A stretch of DNA of 64,000 bases from assembly GCF_964204645.1 (NCBI RefSeq), contig NC_134034.1, positions 4,233,814 to 4,297,813 on the forward strand. The letters are read 5' to 3'. Under the pieces are notes generated by a model. The model was not told the DNA's origin and ran no database searches. It worked only from the letters and a program-made list of their open reading frames with translations. Below, one piece after another: positions 1-13,760 of this stretch. Made by a program: the position numbers and the translations under genes. The DNA comes from Tubulanus polymorphus (Eukaryota > Animalia > Nemertea). Each line of letters starts with the position of its first letter. Position 1 is the stretch's first letter.

Positions 1-289
1 CAGTTTCACAAACATTATCAATTGTACACAGGAAACTAGAAGATTGCCATAAGCGAGTATTCATTAATTTGCTTTAGGAACTGACCCTAGTACAGACTAG
101 AACTATCTGAAAATATGCGTAGGATACGTTATCTATTGTCGACTTAACGACTCAGTTTGCACAATTGACATTGATTGACAAGACACGTAAATATGATGCG
201 ACTTTAGAACGAAAATGGAAGCGCTGAAGACTATCAATAATAAGGTTGATTTATTTCAATTCTATTAACATGCACGGTTACGAAGGTTA

Positions 290-553
290 TTCTTATAAAC
301 GAAATTTGAACTCGTTTTTCCGACTTCCAAATACGAAATTATCAAACGAGTCATCGGGTAGATATAAGATTAACCTATCTCACTAGGCGTGTGGTATCAC
401 TGGAAATTGATTAAGTAACGCAAAAAGTTGATTCTAGTTTATTCAAAATATGTAAAGATATTGAAACGCGGTAACAGTGCCACTAGCGATCCTGGCGGAT
501 TATCACTGAACTCTCGCTTCCCTCGGTAGCGGTCCCTCTATGCCGGTATTCCT
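290..553 (-). mobile_element. Family A non-autonomous DNA element, degenerate copy
   Basis: The reverse complement contains ATCCGCCAGGATCGCTAGTGG...CCGCGTTTCAAT, matching the family A body at 11413-11761 and 61293-61512. Confidence 0.6.
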
Positions 554-1023
554 TTCAGCCATAATAAACTATTTCAGATGTATCTTCACGTGGAATCTTG
601 ATTGCCACGGTAGCGTTGGCAGGGGCCGCATTTATTAGCGAAGGGGCATTTTCCCATTCAAAATCTGCCAAACGCGTGGGCCGAGAAATGTAGGAGTGTC
701 TGTAGATAATGTAGGATACGCTACGCGTCAAAAATATTTTTTGAAACAATTTTTCAAACTCAGCTCGCTTTGGGATATGAAAAAAGGCCTACAACAGCGA
801 AATACCCACCATCGAGAGTTTAATAATGGATGATCGGTTTTAATGTTTAATCGGCTGTGAATAGAGGGAAAGCTCGCCCCGAGCTCGTTTCTAAGCACGT
901 CGTCGTCATGACGTAATCAATGCGTAGCTATCTACGTATCTATCTATCTAGCTATCCGCAAAGACGCCGTACGAAATCTCTTCAAAACATGAAATAATGC
1001 TACACACGCATCGAGGGAGATAT

Positions 1024-1366
1024 CGAAATGAATCCCACTATGAGTTCAGCCAAAAAATGATAAGTTGGCGACGTTTCGGCTGAATACCGGCGCACCGAAA
1101 ACAAAATGAAATTATTTTTGGAAATTACAGAATATTTGTACAAGAATCAGACAATATGATAGAGATTAAAGGATGAAGATTAAAGTAATCAAACAAAAAA
1201 AACCCCAGAAAAACAAAGGAAGAAAACAGTGAAGTTATCGGCAAAGTGGGGGTAATATAATGTAAGTTGAAGTGATCTGAAAACTAAGCCCGAAACTATC
1301 TGTAGTTGGGATTTCTCTCGTTATTCATCTAACAGGGACATCGTGGATCTTCTCGACTCGTCATTA
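1024..1366 (-). mobile_element. Non-autonomous Penelope-like insertion with degenerate hammerhead and inverted end
   Basis: Flanked by the 10-bp direct repeat AGGGAGATAT (1014-1023, 1367-1376). The minus strand reads a T-rich body, then CAGCCGAAACGTC (CUGANGA box lost), then GTGGGATT. An inverted GGGATTT-plus-tail piece lies at ~1306-1366 and is homologous to 48428-48483. Confidence 0.7.
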
Positions 1367-2010
1367 AGGGAGATATTTCAGTGAACCATACACACTTCAC
1401 GAAATCGAATCGTCTGTCCGGATGGGTCGAGCTCCTCTTCTTCACGGCAAAACACTTTTTTATGAAGAGGAATATGCCCATTAAAGTAGAGGGGCAGATA
1501 ATCACGAAAAATGTCGAGTATTGAATAAATTATTCCACCGACACTCGGTTTGCGTGGATTTTTCGGACTATGTAACGGACTTGTTACAGCTGGAAACCCT
1601 TACCTGCCAGGTGTTTGATTCAAACACGGAAATGCAATAAGAGGCATTGGTTTTTTTAAGCAACATGGACGGGAGTAAAAACGTTTATATGATGAAGAAT
1701 GGAACGAAATACGTTTTCGATTTGAATCTAAGACCCCGAAATTGATACTTCAGTGTGGGGGAAATGGTAGCATATTCACTGATGAAATAACTTTGTCAAT
1801 TTCTCCCGCATCGAACATGTTAGAATTGGGCAAGGTGTGCGGTGCTTTGGCAAGCAAGGTTCGCTAGTAGATATTCGGGCGCCCTCGTTCGTTGTAGTCT
1901 ATATATCTATCAAATCTGAATGGACTTTTCTCTTTGGACAAACGCATCAATTATTCATTAACTATACCGGTGTCCTAGTAGAAAAATGAAAGTATTATAT
2001 ATTTGGTGGG

Positions 2011-2125
2011 TAATCAAAATTCACAATTTCAATACACCAATATATTGATGACGTAGTGCACACAGAAACCCCGTGAATAACGCATACTGGGTATCAATTC
2101 ATATAAGCATTATTGTAACACGTTG
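2011..2125 (+). repeat. Family E interspersed repeat fragment
   Basis: Shares CCAATAT..ATGACGTAGTGCACA...GGTATCAAT with 49650-49782 and, reverse-complemented, with 32930-33070. A second block, GGTTGCCGGTCAATTCAATTC, is at 2739-2790. Confidence 0.6.
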
Positions 2126-3048
2126 GGGTCGTGAGCGTAAAGTTCCATCTCGAATGTCAGTTTGCGGGTGTAAATAGTTTTCAACTGGTCCGCCGGATCA
2201 CAAAAAATTGTCATTTCGGCTTTTTGCGCCGTCCGTAACAGACATAGATACCCGGACTTCATCGCGGTCGATATTCCCCACGAAAGACGGAGATGCACAC
2301 ACGCACACGCACACGCACACCGGTTCGATATAAACAACGTAATAACAAATGGCCATAATTCCACGGCGAAATTAGTACCATCACTCCACCAGACCTATTT
2401 CTACATTTGTCCACCGATCTACCGTTGACAGTCGCGAAATGAGCTTCGCTCCATTAGTCGAGATCCAAACTTGATTGGCCTCAGTTGTTCGGCGAGTTGA
2501 CGCTAATCCGTAGCGTTTTACCATCTAATGAAAGCCGCGGACAGTGCGTATGACGTCGATTTCGAGTAGAAACTTTCCATGGCGTGTGTGCTATGCGACC
2601 AAGCAATTTTTGACGCCGTAAAATCATGACATTGATATTTTTGATACGATCTTTATGACGACCGTGGATTATTCTAGGGCTTCCTTGTAAGTCGATGTGC
2701 CGCACGTCATCGATATCGAGAATCAGGCAGGTTAGAATGGTTGCCGGTCAATTCAATTCAAGTTTCGATATATTCATATTCAATTAACGTTATTTATTGT
2801 TTATATCATACCATGGTGTTTTTCGCCATCATTTAAGGCAATATTGACTTTAAAAAAATATGAAAAACGAAAAATGTACAAAATATGAACCTAATATACA
2901 AATATGTATACAGACAACAAAAAAGGAAAAAAAATCATGAAAAAGATTAATATTCAATTTTTCAGTCCAACTGTTTACATCCAAAACTAATACAAAAGTT
3001 TAATTACCGTAGAATATAGCATACAAAATAGGCTATGTATAATCGCAA

Positions 3049-3660
3049 TTGGGGATACATGCAGTGCTGCTGTGGCAATCGAGGATTCCACGTATGGCAA
3101 GCGAGGATCTGCCAGGTTCGCTTGTAGATAGTTTGGTCGTCCGCGTTCGATTTCTTCTACATTTTGATTACGCAAATCTGAAGGTACTTTTCTTTTAAAC
3201 ATCAAGTATTTATAAAAACTATATCGATATCTGAGCCGAAGAAAGAAAGTATTGGATATGTGGTGATGATAATCGATTTGGGAATCTAAAAATCCAGTTC
3301 GAAGGTCATCGAAGATGAACTTATGTTTTAATACTGGAAAAATTTGTAACCAAATGAATTTAGCTATTTGTGGGGTTGTATTCCTCGATATCTCATAGTT
3401 CTTGGTTGTATATGTAGTTATGTCTAAAAACTATCAAGCAGATCCTTTAGTGATGTAAGATTACGATTACGATTACGATTACGATTACGATTACGATTTA
3501 TTTACACTCCAACCATTTCCATGGTATATGGAGGAAAACTATTACACATGTATATACAAATATTCACAAAACAACACTGAAGTGATTAAAATTTAGAGAA
3601 TGACATATCGAGTGTAAGTCACGCCATCTAGCGAGTGCAAGTCACGCCACCTGGTGACGA
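3049..3660 (+). mobile_element. Family A element with internal LINE-tail insertion
   Basis: GTGGCAATCGAGGATTCCACGTATGGCAAGCGAGGATCTGCCAGGTTCGC head, the AAAATCCAGTTC..GATGAAC block, and a duplicated terminal ACGCCA(T/C)CT(A/G)G motif at 3621-3657. Confidence 0.75.
3458..3560 (-). mobile_element. 3' end of a non-LTR retrotransposon (CR1/L2-like) with (ATCGTA)n tail
   Basis: On the plus strand, (ACGATT)n is followed by TTTACACTCCAACCATTTCCATGGTATATGGAG, a stem-loop. Homologous copies are at 24743-24890, 43580-43650 and 54661-54868. Confidence 0.6.
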
Positions 3661-6653
3661 AAGTTAACCGCACGTCCGTATGTATACACTTTTCTACAGC
3701 CAACCTTTTTTTTAAAAGTGTCTTATTCACTGTACATATCTGAACAACGCTGATCTAATTCACCACTTCACGCGTCGTCGCGATGATTCTTCTCAAAGAT
3801 TAATTCTTGATAGAGTCAGTAACAAACCGACTCCATTAACAAAAATATCACCGGATTATTTCCATCGTTCTCGCATTAAACAGAGCTCATATTGCGTAAA
3901 TCATACGACGTATCAAATTCAAATTAATCGAATGCTTTCGAATTAAATTTCAGGATATTCATTCTATGCAGCTTAGAAACCCTTTAGAACATACTACCGC
4001 TACCTACATTCCATTATGAAACTACCCTGCATGAATCCCACTGATGCCACCATATGTATTAGCATTCCGTAAATCTTGGGCCAAGACATAACGGAAAAAT
4101 TCGATTAGGCTAAAGAAATTCATATATTGTTTCACCTTTTTGCTGAGCTTAAAAGTAAACCCGGCCTATCTACCCCTGGTACATTCTTTAAAAAAATTGG
4201 AAGTTAAATTGGAAGTTCACGCGAAACACGCTCGATCGGTTTTGGCGAAAATTGTTTTTGAAGACCACCAGATCCGATAGGAACGGAAAATAAGAGTTCG
4301 GAAAAAAGAGTGTAAGGCAAACGGGTTTCGCACCCTGGCTATATCGATGACAGACATATAGTAACAACGATTCTCAACAAACGTAGAGCAATCGCTGCTT
4401 ATGCGAGAGTACTCCCTATCCCCTCGCCCTCTCCCCCTCCTCACGCTCCATATTTCTGTATAGCACGTATACATTATGGCATAACTTCATTTGTTCCACA
4501 ATAATCGTCGATATACACGAGATGTAATTTTTCTCCAAGTCTCTCTGTTTGTCGAAATGATAATTGTTTCTCGAAAACCGCTGATGACATTAAGTATTAT
4601 CGTATTTTATGTTTCCCAGCGGGCAAAACGGAGGAATCGTCAGTGGCAACCTCACTAGCTCGCGCTACATCTAATTACATGTCTGTGATATTCGTCAGAG
4701 TCTGAAATGCGGAGAATTCAATAAATATCGACTGAACATGAATTTTGACGCACAAGTTTCTAACGAATATCGTGCATATGTTAATGTGTAAGTAAAATTG
4801 GTTATTTTGTGTATGTCTCATCACGAAAACTGCTCGCTTCTTGTTGAGGCTAACAAAGGGATGCACTATTATTGAACAATTTTTCCTGGCGAAAATACGT
4901 TTTCAATACGTGCGTTTATTGGTCTAAAATTATAAGTGCAGCCTGGTGGCTACCAGTTCCCTAGTCGTCATTTCACGAATTGTAATTAGAAGCGTCGAAT
5001 ACACTATAGCAAAATACCCAATTCTCAAGTAGTCTTCGATGGGCTCGAAAATCAAATCTTGAGTCTTTGAGGTTCGTGATGCTCCAGCCAGTAGTATTCA
5101 AAAGGCTCAGTGAAGAAATTTGTTGCTATTGCGATTGGATCAGCATAAATTGGGTCACAGCTGATACCTTGACGAAGTAGTGTAAATCGACTCAAAAATG
5201 AAATGTAACACATTGAAGATCGTATTGCGATTAACATTTAAAATGATACTGATTGAAGAAAGGAATAACACGAAAACTACAAATGCTCGTACTAATGGCG
5301 TCTGGCTGGCGGGAATATGATCTTGAAAGGCGTGTGCGCTGCGCCTTAATTCAAATCCGACCGTTAAACGAATTTAATCGATTTTCGCATTTTACGGAAA
5401 TCACATGTAGACGTTCGGTATGATTTTAATCGATTTAATTGCTTATTCGTCATCAATCTCGTTTAGATTTTCCCGTCGAGGATTAGAAAGGATTTAGTTT
5501 TCGCGGAACGCCGAACGAGCTAAGCTTTTACTTCTGAGCGTGTTGCTCGGTATACCTAGCATAGAAAGTCTTACAGTTACGCGTCGGCTACCAGTCTCAG
5601 TGAAAGGACCCAATTCAGTAGTGGGTTTAGTAAGAACCAAATTTAAGCAAAATTGAGAAATAGAATCATACGTACGTACTTTGTTGAGCAATGGGATACA
5701 AATTCAAATCCAAAATTACTTCATTACACCTCGATATATACAAGGGATATTGGTTTATACAGTAATAAAACAGATATCATTATAGAATGAAATATATTAA
5801 AGAAAATAAATTTTGATAACCATATAAACTTGAGAAATACGCCATGCCGATCGTGCTGGTACTGGTTCATACCATATCCGGTCGCTGGCATCCAACTACA
5901 GCCGAATCGTATTGGCGGACCCCACTGGTTACGTGACAGTAACTTTTCGGGTGTCGTATTGTTCCACGCTTTAAGACTCAACAAGCTAGAACACACCTAC
6001 ACGCTGGTTCAGAATCGTTGATGCAGCAACAACAAGAGACGGTCTTGACTATCGAGAATCGGAAACTGTGGGTGGGTGGCGCGAGGTTCGGGGTATACGA
6101 ACCCCTTTTCTGACCAAGTGCCCTTTTTAAAATTCCATCAGATCTATGACGAAAGTCCACGTACTTTTTTTTAAAAACAGTAATATGCACTAAATTGCAT
6201 AAAAATGTGCCTCATTTTCAAACTTTTCTGGAGGCGGACCCCGGCAACCGTCTGCACGAGCATCGCACCCCCGTCTTCCACGAGTTATTAAGTGCCCTTG
6301 TAATATGAGGTGAACCCCCTATCGCTCAGCCAGGATCTGTCCTTGTTTTATAGTTGAAATTTGACATTAAACTCGAAAGTGAGGACATTGAGGATGGTAA
6401 TAGAATACTGAAGAACTATATGAATATCTTTGGAACTCTGTTCCAGTGCGCTGGATGTACAAACTGATTAGGGAGTTGACCTTTTCGCATGGACGAGGAC
6501 GTACCAGTCTCCCGAGGACTTGTAAGCCAAGAGATTCTGCAATATACGATTCTGATTAATCTATAAATCAAAAGCTAGTCGGGCTATTGTGCCCGGTCTA
6601 TACGGGAGGGCCTTGCGGATGAAATCCTGGATGAAATCGATCTACGCGAAAAC

Positions 6654-6704
6654 GCACTCCAGTGGATCAATAACATTGTTATATTATTGATCCACTGTGA
6701 GTGC
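6654..6704. repeat. Hairpin/inverted repeat, probably the centre of a palindromic element
   Basis: GCACTC-CAGTGGATCAATAA ... TTATTGATCCACTG-T-GAGTGC. Confidence 0.7.
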
Positions 6705-6964
6705 GCTGAGATTTTTAGTCGACGGGTACATTGCTTGCGCGAAAAAAGATCCAATATCGCGTACGTATGCAGGGAGTCCGGGTTTATAAATAGTGATTAG
6801 GTGCGAATCGATCTATGTATCTATTCAACTACATTTTGTCCATATTTTCTTTCGAATTCAATGAATATCATCAAATCGCCTAGCAAATCAACCCGAGTTC
6901 ATCTGAGTGCAAACAAGCTTTCTCCGATTTGCTATAGATGTGAAATATGTTAGATCCGTGTCCT

Positions 6965-7176
6965 GTGCAGTGAACTCAGTTGGTTAATTGAAGTACCTGA
7001 GAACCAAGAGGTGCCTGGTTCGAAACCATCTTTAGCGTTGGCTGTCTAGGTATATATACATAGACTAAGCTCTGTTAACTTAGTCAGGTTGTGAGTCATA
7101 ACAACCGATAAAAGGGCCCTGGCCATCTCTTAAGACTGGGTTTACACTGATTATTGTTATTTGGACGTCAAAACTC
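6965..7176 (+). mobile_element. Degenerate tRNA-derived SINE
   Basis: A-box-like TGAACTCAGTTGGT, B-box GGTTCGAAACC (~7017-7027), and a 3' end reading GGACGTCAAAA. Confidence 0.4.
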
Positions 7177-8018
7177 TACGTGCCGCTGTTAGGCATATAC
7201 CATCTGGTGGGATAGTTGCTATATAGGCGCGATATAAGTTGCTAAGGGAGTTTTTCTGGAAACTATAATCTCTTATTACATGTTTTGTTATAGTTGTTTT
7301 TTTTTGTATCTATAGTATTCGTTCCTCAAATTTTAGTTTGCCCATTACAGAATATCTCCCGATAGTTAGCGCGAAGTTCTAGTTGGTTATCAAGAGATCG
7401 TATCAACTCCTGAATAGAGAGATGGAGAACTACCGGGCATATTATACTCAATTCCGGGAACCAAACACATCTTTCGCTGAAACAGCTTTATATCTTTTGA
7501 ACGTTGGTGGTTTGTTCACCTCTCACGTCACACCGGAGTCCCAATGCAAATTTTCCAATTTTTGAATGCTTTTCTGTCATTATTCATTCATATTTTCATT
7601 AATGGTTATCTTAAACGGCATATTGAATTACTTTATTATTGTCGATTGGTATATTGCTATATTCGTTATCAGGTACAGGTATATATGTAGATATTCACGT
7701 TTTGATACATTACCAAAGTAAAATCAACTCCTAACTCACTGGTCCTGAGTTTAAAAACTTTGTCAAAAACTCGAATATTTGTATTGGTTCCAAATATTTG
7801 TACAGTTCTGTGTTGGCCCAGTTCGGCAGTATGGGGTTCGATTTGACTTTGGATCTACATAGTTCGACAGCTGTGGGTTTTAAATCATTTTGGGTCCTGT
7901 TCAAAAGGATTTCAGTCAATTTTTACTTTATTCCCCGTCCCACTTATACGTGCATTTTTGATTTTACGCAGTGGGCTTAACTTTGAGGTATAATTCCATA
8001 CACATGGATGTGGTTTTG

Positions 8019-8295
8019 GGCGAGGGGTGTGGCCGATTGGCTAAAGCGTTCGGCAGTGGGAAGCTAGGTCGTTGGTTCGAACACCCGTACTTTACTGTAG
8101 TGTCCTCGGGCAAGATAAAGACACTTATCCTCATTGCCTCTCTCCACCCAGGAGTAAATGGGTACCTGGCCTCATAGATGACTCCTAAGCGCCTAGAAGC
8201 TGCTCGGATGTTACTTCTCCCCAGGGAGAGATGACTGATATGAATTGGACTCTAGTTTGGATACCTGCGCTACGTAAATGAAAATTATTATCATT
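8019..8295 (+). mobile_element. tRNA-derived SINE with CORE-like domain (same family as 35159-35468)
   Basis: A box TGGCCGATTGG, B box GGTTCGAACAC, CORE-like GTGTCCTCGGGCAAGA..CACTTATCCTCATTGCC, and a GCGCTACGTAAAT..ATTATTATC tail. Long stretches are identical to the 35159 copy. Confidence 0.85.
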
Positions 8296-9530
8296 TTACT
8301 CTAAAATTATCACAACAGCTGACTGTGTGAATTTTTCCTTTTCTAACCAGTTCAACACGAGTGCCAATTCCACCGTGAAGTAGTTCATTTATGATAGAAT
8401 CTGCTCAGTTTCGAGGCATCAATTTCTATTTTAATTTCAATTCATTCACCATAAATCCAAAGTAACCGATCGACTCTCTGTCAAACATCGAAACATGGCC
8501 GCGTGGATGCCACCGGGAACACGACCGCTCCTGGGAATCGTTAACGGCAAAAATGTAATTTTGACAGACTATTTCGACACCTCCTGTTGTTGCAGCGAAG
8601 ATGTTAAATAGTACTCGAAGGCGCGCTAAGTGAACGCCAGGTACTGTTATACAATAGACACTCACATCCGGAGCTGTGAAAAGAACCTTTTCGCGCAAAG
8701 AATTTTTTCCGCTGCAGTTGAATGACAGTTTGAATAGCACTTGTCGATAGTGCGCAAGTTGTGTATAGCTATGTTGACGTGAAAAGAAAAACGCACGGCG
8801 GTTCGGCGAGGCGGTCTTTTTGTTCATCGGACGACAACTCGAGTCCGGCAAATATTCATTCTCACGCTTGAGATACTCCCGATATCATATTGAAAATCGA
8901 AACGTGTGAAGAAGACCTGTACGTGTTACCGATTTTGTTACCGGTACGTGTTTTCTTTGGTTTATATTAATTAATGTGACAGATATTGATAGAAATGCCG
9001 AAGGTTCTTGCCTTACGCACTCGTGAACGGTTCAAGCTTCATATAAATCCCCGGTACACCCAGCATATCATCCAACTGTTTCAACCATGTTTGACAAAGT
9101 AAAAAGTAGACCAATGATATCGACTCCAGTACCACGGAATGTAGCTTTGATTTGACTAAATCTGATTCCACATTTCAGTGCTATGGTCTTGGATTGAACC
9201 AAGGTTAACTATTTTCAGTTTGACTCAGTATCCAGTTCCACTTTTGTTTGGGTCCCTTTTGATTTGATGCGAGTGGCCTCCAACGACATAGTGCTCGTCC
9301 TCAGTGACAAAGCCGGTCCCCGGGTCCCTGTATAGTTCGTCTAACTATGACCAGGAACCCTTTTTCGAAGACCCACCAGGTTCGCTAGGAATCAATGTAA
9401 ATGCTATTAGAATCCCAACTGATGAAAGAGGATCTGTCTACTTAAAAATAGTTTTTTCCTCGCAGGCGCACGATATCATCAGGTTTGAAATTGTTGTTTT
9501 AGAATATTATGTCTACGAGGTCATCGAAAC

Positions 9531-9603
9531 ACACCCCACTAGTCCGACGACCCACAGAGTTCGACACCCCACAGGTCCGACACCCCACAGGTCCGATGCC
9601 CCT
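9531..9603 (+). repeat. 16-bp minisatellite (GTCCGACACCCCACAG)-like, ~4 copies
   Basis: Direct tandem repeats are visible; probably subterminal repeats of a DNA transposon fragment. Confidence 0.7.
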
Positions 9604-10208
9604 CTATATTCTTGAGGGCTTGTAACGTGAATGAACATACCATCCCCTGCTGAGGGAGGAACAGTTTAGGGGTGTATACAGTACCTACAAATGTGGCAGA
9701 GTGTCAGGATACCATCCGGTTCAAATCCCCGAATAAGTTAAAAATTCAAAATCTATATTCAGCATGAATTGTATCGTTCGTAATAAACTCAATTCCATGC
9801 TTAATACAGCAGAAACGAACAACGACAGACATATCAGACATATAAAGCACATCGTAACATGTGGGGAAAAAAACACGGAAATATGTATATGCGTGCGTGT
9901 ATGTATATGATAAACTAAGCACGCTGAGCAATAAATACTTAAAGATGGATTCAAGTTATCGAAAGTAATGACTAGTTTTTTTACATCTAGGTAACATGTC
10001 AAACTCCTTTTTCTGTTTAGCGATTCGTTTAAGTGGAAAATATGACATTCATCGTCTTACTCTCGCTACAGACATGGCGTATAAAACACGTTTCATCTTT
10101 TTTCGATACCGCCGTGTCTCCACGTTTATCAATACGTAAGCTGTGACGACTACTAGGAGGACAGTTTGTGACGGCGATTAAATATTTTCATGTCATCAGG
10201 TTTGAATA

Positions 10209-10542
10209 GATCCTCCCCCGGCAGGGATTCGAACCCTGATGGCATCGAGATTGCCACGGTACGAAACCCTACCACACTAAACCTAATGAGCAGCTACAAG
10301 CGCAGCGTAGATGCCAGTCAGCCAATCAGATATTCAGTTTTATTTAGCCCGAGGTTTCACCATATAAAGTTCTTCCGTGAAACTTGCCTCAGCAATTATA
10401 CAACGAGCAATCTGATTGGTGCCTAACGTTTTCGCGCGGCAAAGCTGCGAATATAGCTGCGCACCCGGTCTAGTATGGCAGGGTTTCGTGCCGTGGCTGA
10501 GTGTTGCGATGCCATCAGGTTCGAATCCCAGCCGGGAGGATG
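10209..10542. mobile_element. Family C palindromic MITE with Pol III boxes in its TIRs
   Basis: TIRs ATCCTCCC..GGCAGGGATTCGAACC.TGATGGCATCG and CGATGCCATCAGGTTCGAATCCCAGCCGGGAGGATG. Homologous to 18565-18893 and 26369-26638. Confidence 0.85.
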
Positions 10543-11412
10543 ATTCCAACTTCAGAGGTCTCGCGCAATTAACGTTAAAATTCGCTCTTAGATTGTGTGT
10601 GTACTATGGTTTTACATACGCACGTGTTGCTACTCGTAAATATCATTGTCTGCACGCCTGTCTGAAAAAAACTGATATCGCGTCGCTTACGAGACAACGA
10701 TTAAAACGAAACGTCTCGTCACTCGACGCGTTTAACATCGACGCCGCCGGCGTTACGCCATATTTCAATAATATAGCGTTGACGACGAGAGAAATTCATC
10801 CCCGCGGACTGTGAGCGCGGCGCGCAGTGTTGCAGAGACAATTCCCGATAATTCGAAATAATTCACACCGGCGCTTGTTGAATCAGCGCAACTTTGCGAA
10901 CGGGATTAACTAACAAACAGCGAGAGCGCTGACGACGTCGTTGTCGTCTGCGAAACGATTATCGTTGATCGGCAATTACGCTTACGTCGACGCTAAAGTT
11001 GACGTTTACGTCTGTCAAACCGGTCTAATGAAATTTTGAGTTGCGCGCACGGTGTCGATATTTCTTGTCATTTTGTTATTTTGTTGCTTCGCGGATTTTT
11101 AAGATCCGCAGACGGGGAGTGGGGGAGTGCTGCGGGCGTCTTTTGTCACCGAAGCGGTGCGAGAATCAATTAACGTAAAATAATTATTGGCAGCGTAACG
11201 GCGGAATGCGAGTGGGGGTTTTCGCGTTGCAACGTGACGTGTGAGCGATTACTGGATGTTAAAAAAAGGCCAATTACAGTTTTCTATGTGTCGGGTTTAT
11301 GTGAAAATTTCCATGTTACTTTCGAAATTAATCACAAAACTTCGTTGGAAATCCAACGAACCCGGTCGAAAATGATTCTATAAAAGACCATAACTCCAAT
11401 CAACTCGTTCGC

Positions 11413-11761
11413 GATGGGGTGCCGGCACCGCAATTGTGGCAATCGAGGATTCCACGTATGGCAGGCGAGGATCCACCAGGTTCGCTATTGTAGATAGCTG
11501 GTCGTCCGTGTTCGATTTCTTCTACATTTCAATCAAAACTTTTGAATGAGATTTTTCTAAGGTATACCGATAATTAATGAAGAATATTCCGATTTCGGAG
11601 TAGACAAAAATGATTTTATTGTATACCGGTGGGTGCCGTGATAATGTATGGATTCGGGAAAAGAAATTCTGTTCCAATTTTAATCGAAAATGATTTGACA
11701 ACGAACGACCTACTGCTCGTCACGCCATTTGGTGGGATAGCTAATTTCGCGGGTCCCCATT
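11413..11761 (+). mobile_element. Family A element, apparently complete (~350 bp; short ATGGGG...CCCCAT termini, possibly Kolobok-like)
   Basis: Begins GATGGGGTGCCGGCACC and ends ACGCCATTTGGTGGGATAG..GGTCCCCATT. Other copies end CCACATTAA (~22266) or begin TTAAATGGGG (~43291), suggesting a TTAA-type target. Confidence 0.75.
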
Positions 11762-12212
11762 CTCGGTCTAAACTTTTCGAGAGGTTTTTCCATTCGATTT
11801 ATAAATGCAAAGATTTAGCCGAGAATGCGGATTAAAAGGGCTATAAGTAACATCGACGATGATTCTACAGGCAATGGAAATTATACGCGTGACTGAGAAA
11901 ACATGAAAACCCGAGGAGTAATTGAAAATGAAATATTAAACATGTCACCATCGGCTGCAGTTTATCTACTTTATATCCCTCGGTTATTTGCAACTATAGC
12001 AGAATAATCAATGACAAAGTAATCTAATGAAAACAAGCCGCATGAGAGAACGAGAGAGAAGGACTGAGAGGACCAACACGCACTTCCACGATGTACATTA
12101 TATGTAGCGTCGTTTGAGGCTCAAAAACTTTAATTCTTTAACCGCTACCCACCGAAACAAATCTCGAGTGTTGGATGGCTGTCGAACTTTATAGTTTAAC
12201 ACAACATGTCTC

Positions 12213-12446
12213 CCTGGGCGTCACCAAAGGAGGGAGGGGGTCGCTCGTCCACACTAGTCCATCGACCCTTTTTCAAAATGCTGCAATCTTTTTATGTTCC
12301 AAATACTATTTGCTCCAGAAAAAGGCCCATTTCAAGCTTCAAAATTAAAAAGATCAAGACTATTTATGAACCTTCAAGCAAATTTAATGATACAGAAATT
12401 CCCGCGTATACCAATTCTGCTTTCAGAAATCCTAGTGACGCCCCTG
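12213..12446. mobile_element. hAT-like MITE
   Basis: Imperfect TIRs CCTGGGCGTCAC and GTGACGCCCCTG; no clear 8-bp TSD. Confidence 0.5.
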
Positions 12447-13241
12447 GTATTGCCTTGGTTTTAGAACCGAAAATGAGCTTAGCTTGGTCATTTGGTATAC
12501 GGTTTGGCTATATAACCTATATGGGCTTATACTGACGTTGAGTTTGTGGCTTGACAGTGCATTTGGCCCTGGAACCGCCTCCAAAAGCTTACGAGTTAAC
12601 GAGCTAATGGATTTGGTTGTAGGCCTAGCATTATAAAAAAAACGGGATCGAATTTAGTACCAAATCTTAGTCATTGCTGAACATTTGGCCTAAGAATGGT
12701 GAAATTTCCATTCACTAGACCAGGTTGAGTCTTAATCCAGGGTGGAAAATATGTAGCTACGACTAACACCCGATTACCAAAAAGCCACACGTACCGGCGT
12801 GTTATCATAACCGAGCTCAATTATTCTGACAACCATCTATAAACCACAAATTCATCCTCGAGTCAGGAGTTAGGATCCGGTAAAGTCTGTCTGAGTTGGA
12901 CCGGCTTAAATCAGTCAATCAGTCAAGACTCGATAAGCAATGCCTTGGATAAACTAAGATTCTTAGGAAATCAAACTTGTGAACAGACCGACTTTAAAAA
13001 TTGCATTCAAACGATAATCTAAGGAAGCCGAAGTGTTTATAAGTCAATATTCGGTCAAAGTTCGCAGCGATTGTGAATGTTCCTAAAACAGAGCGTGCAT
13101 CAGTTTTTGAACAAGAAAGTTATACACTATTGTCAGTTCAATCATCGGGTTCTCAATTATTGAAAGTGTTTTCCTCACACAGCGAACTCATTAATTCGAT
13201 TGACCGTCTGATGGAAATATATTGAGATTATGGTCACTTAA

Positions 13242-13760
13242 CCCTGGGATGCCCATACTTCTGGCAGTAGGGCATACCCCATATTTATTTTTTTCAGTTC
13301 ATTTGAGTCCCTTATGACAAATCAATATCAGTTTTAATAAGATAAATATTTCTACGTTTTTTGGGAGGGTCACATATGACCCCAAGCAGCTTCATTATTA
13401 GTTAGGAGTACCTAAATATTTTTAAAGAAACTTCATAATATGAAAAGGTGCACCCTTTAATGCCCTCTCCAGTGTTCCATTATGACCCAAAATTGTTGAT
13501 TGAACACGTACAAACTACGTTCTGGTCATGGGTTATATTATGGCCCCATTGGGTTAAAGCGGTAAATTTAATTTCATGGAGCGCCACCTGGTGAGTTTTC
13601 TTCTAGCCGACAAGGCTCATATATGTAAAATTGGACTTTTTAGGTAGCACAGGTGCTCTTAAACACAGCTCAGTACTCCGAGAACCCACCATGAGCAGTT
13701 CTTAAATTTATGACCGGCTAAATAGGTGGGGGTCATATATGACCCGCAGGGCGTCCCAGG
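13242..13760. mobile_element. piggyBac-like non-autonomous element
   Basis: TTAA on both sides (13238-13241, 13761-13764), TIRs CCCTGGGATGCCC and GGGCGTCCCAGG, and internal GGGTCATATATGACCC-type palindromes (~13367, ~13530, ~13730). Confidence 0.85.

Noticed and set aside
8426-8851. 141-aa ORF
   Set aside because: Non-ATG start, no domain-like features and no splice support; consistent with a chance ORF.
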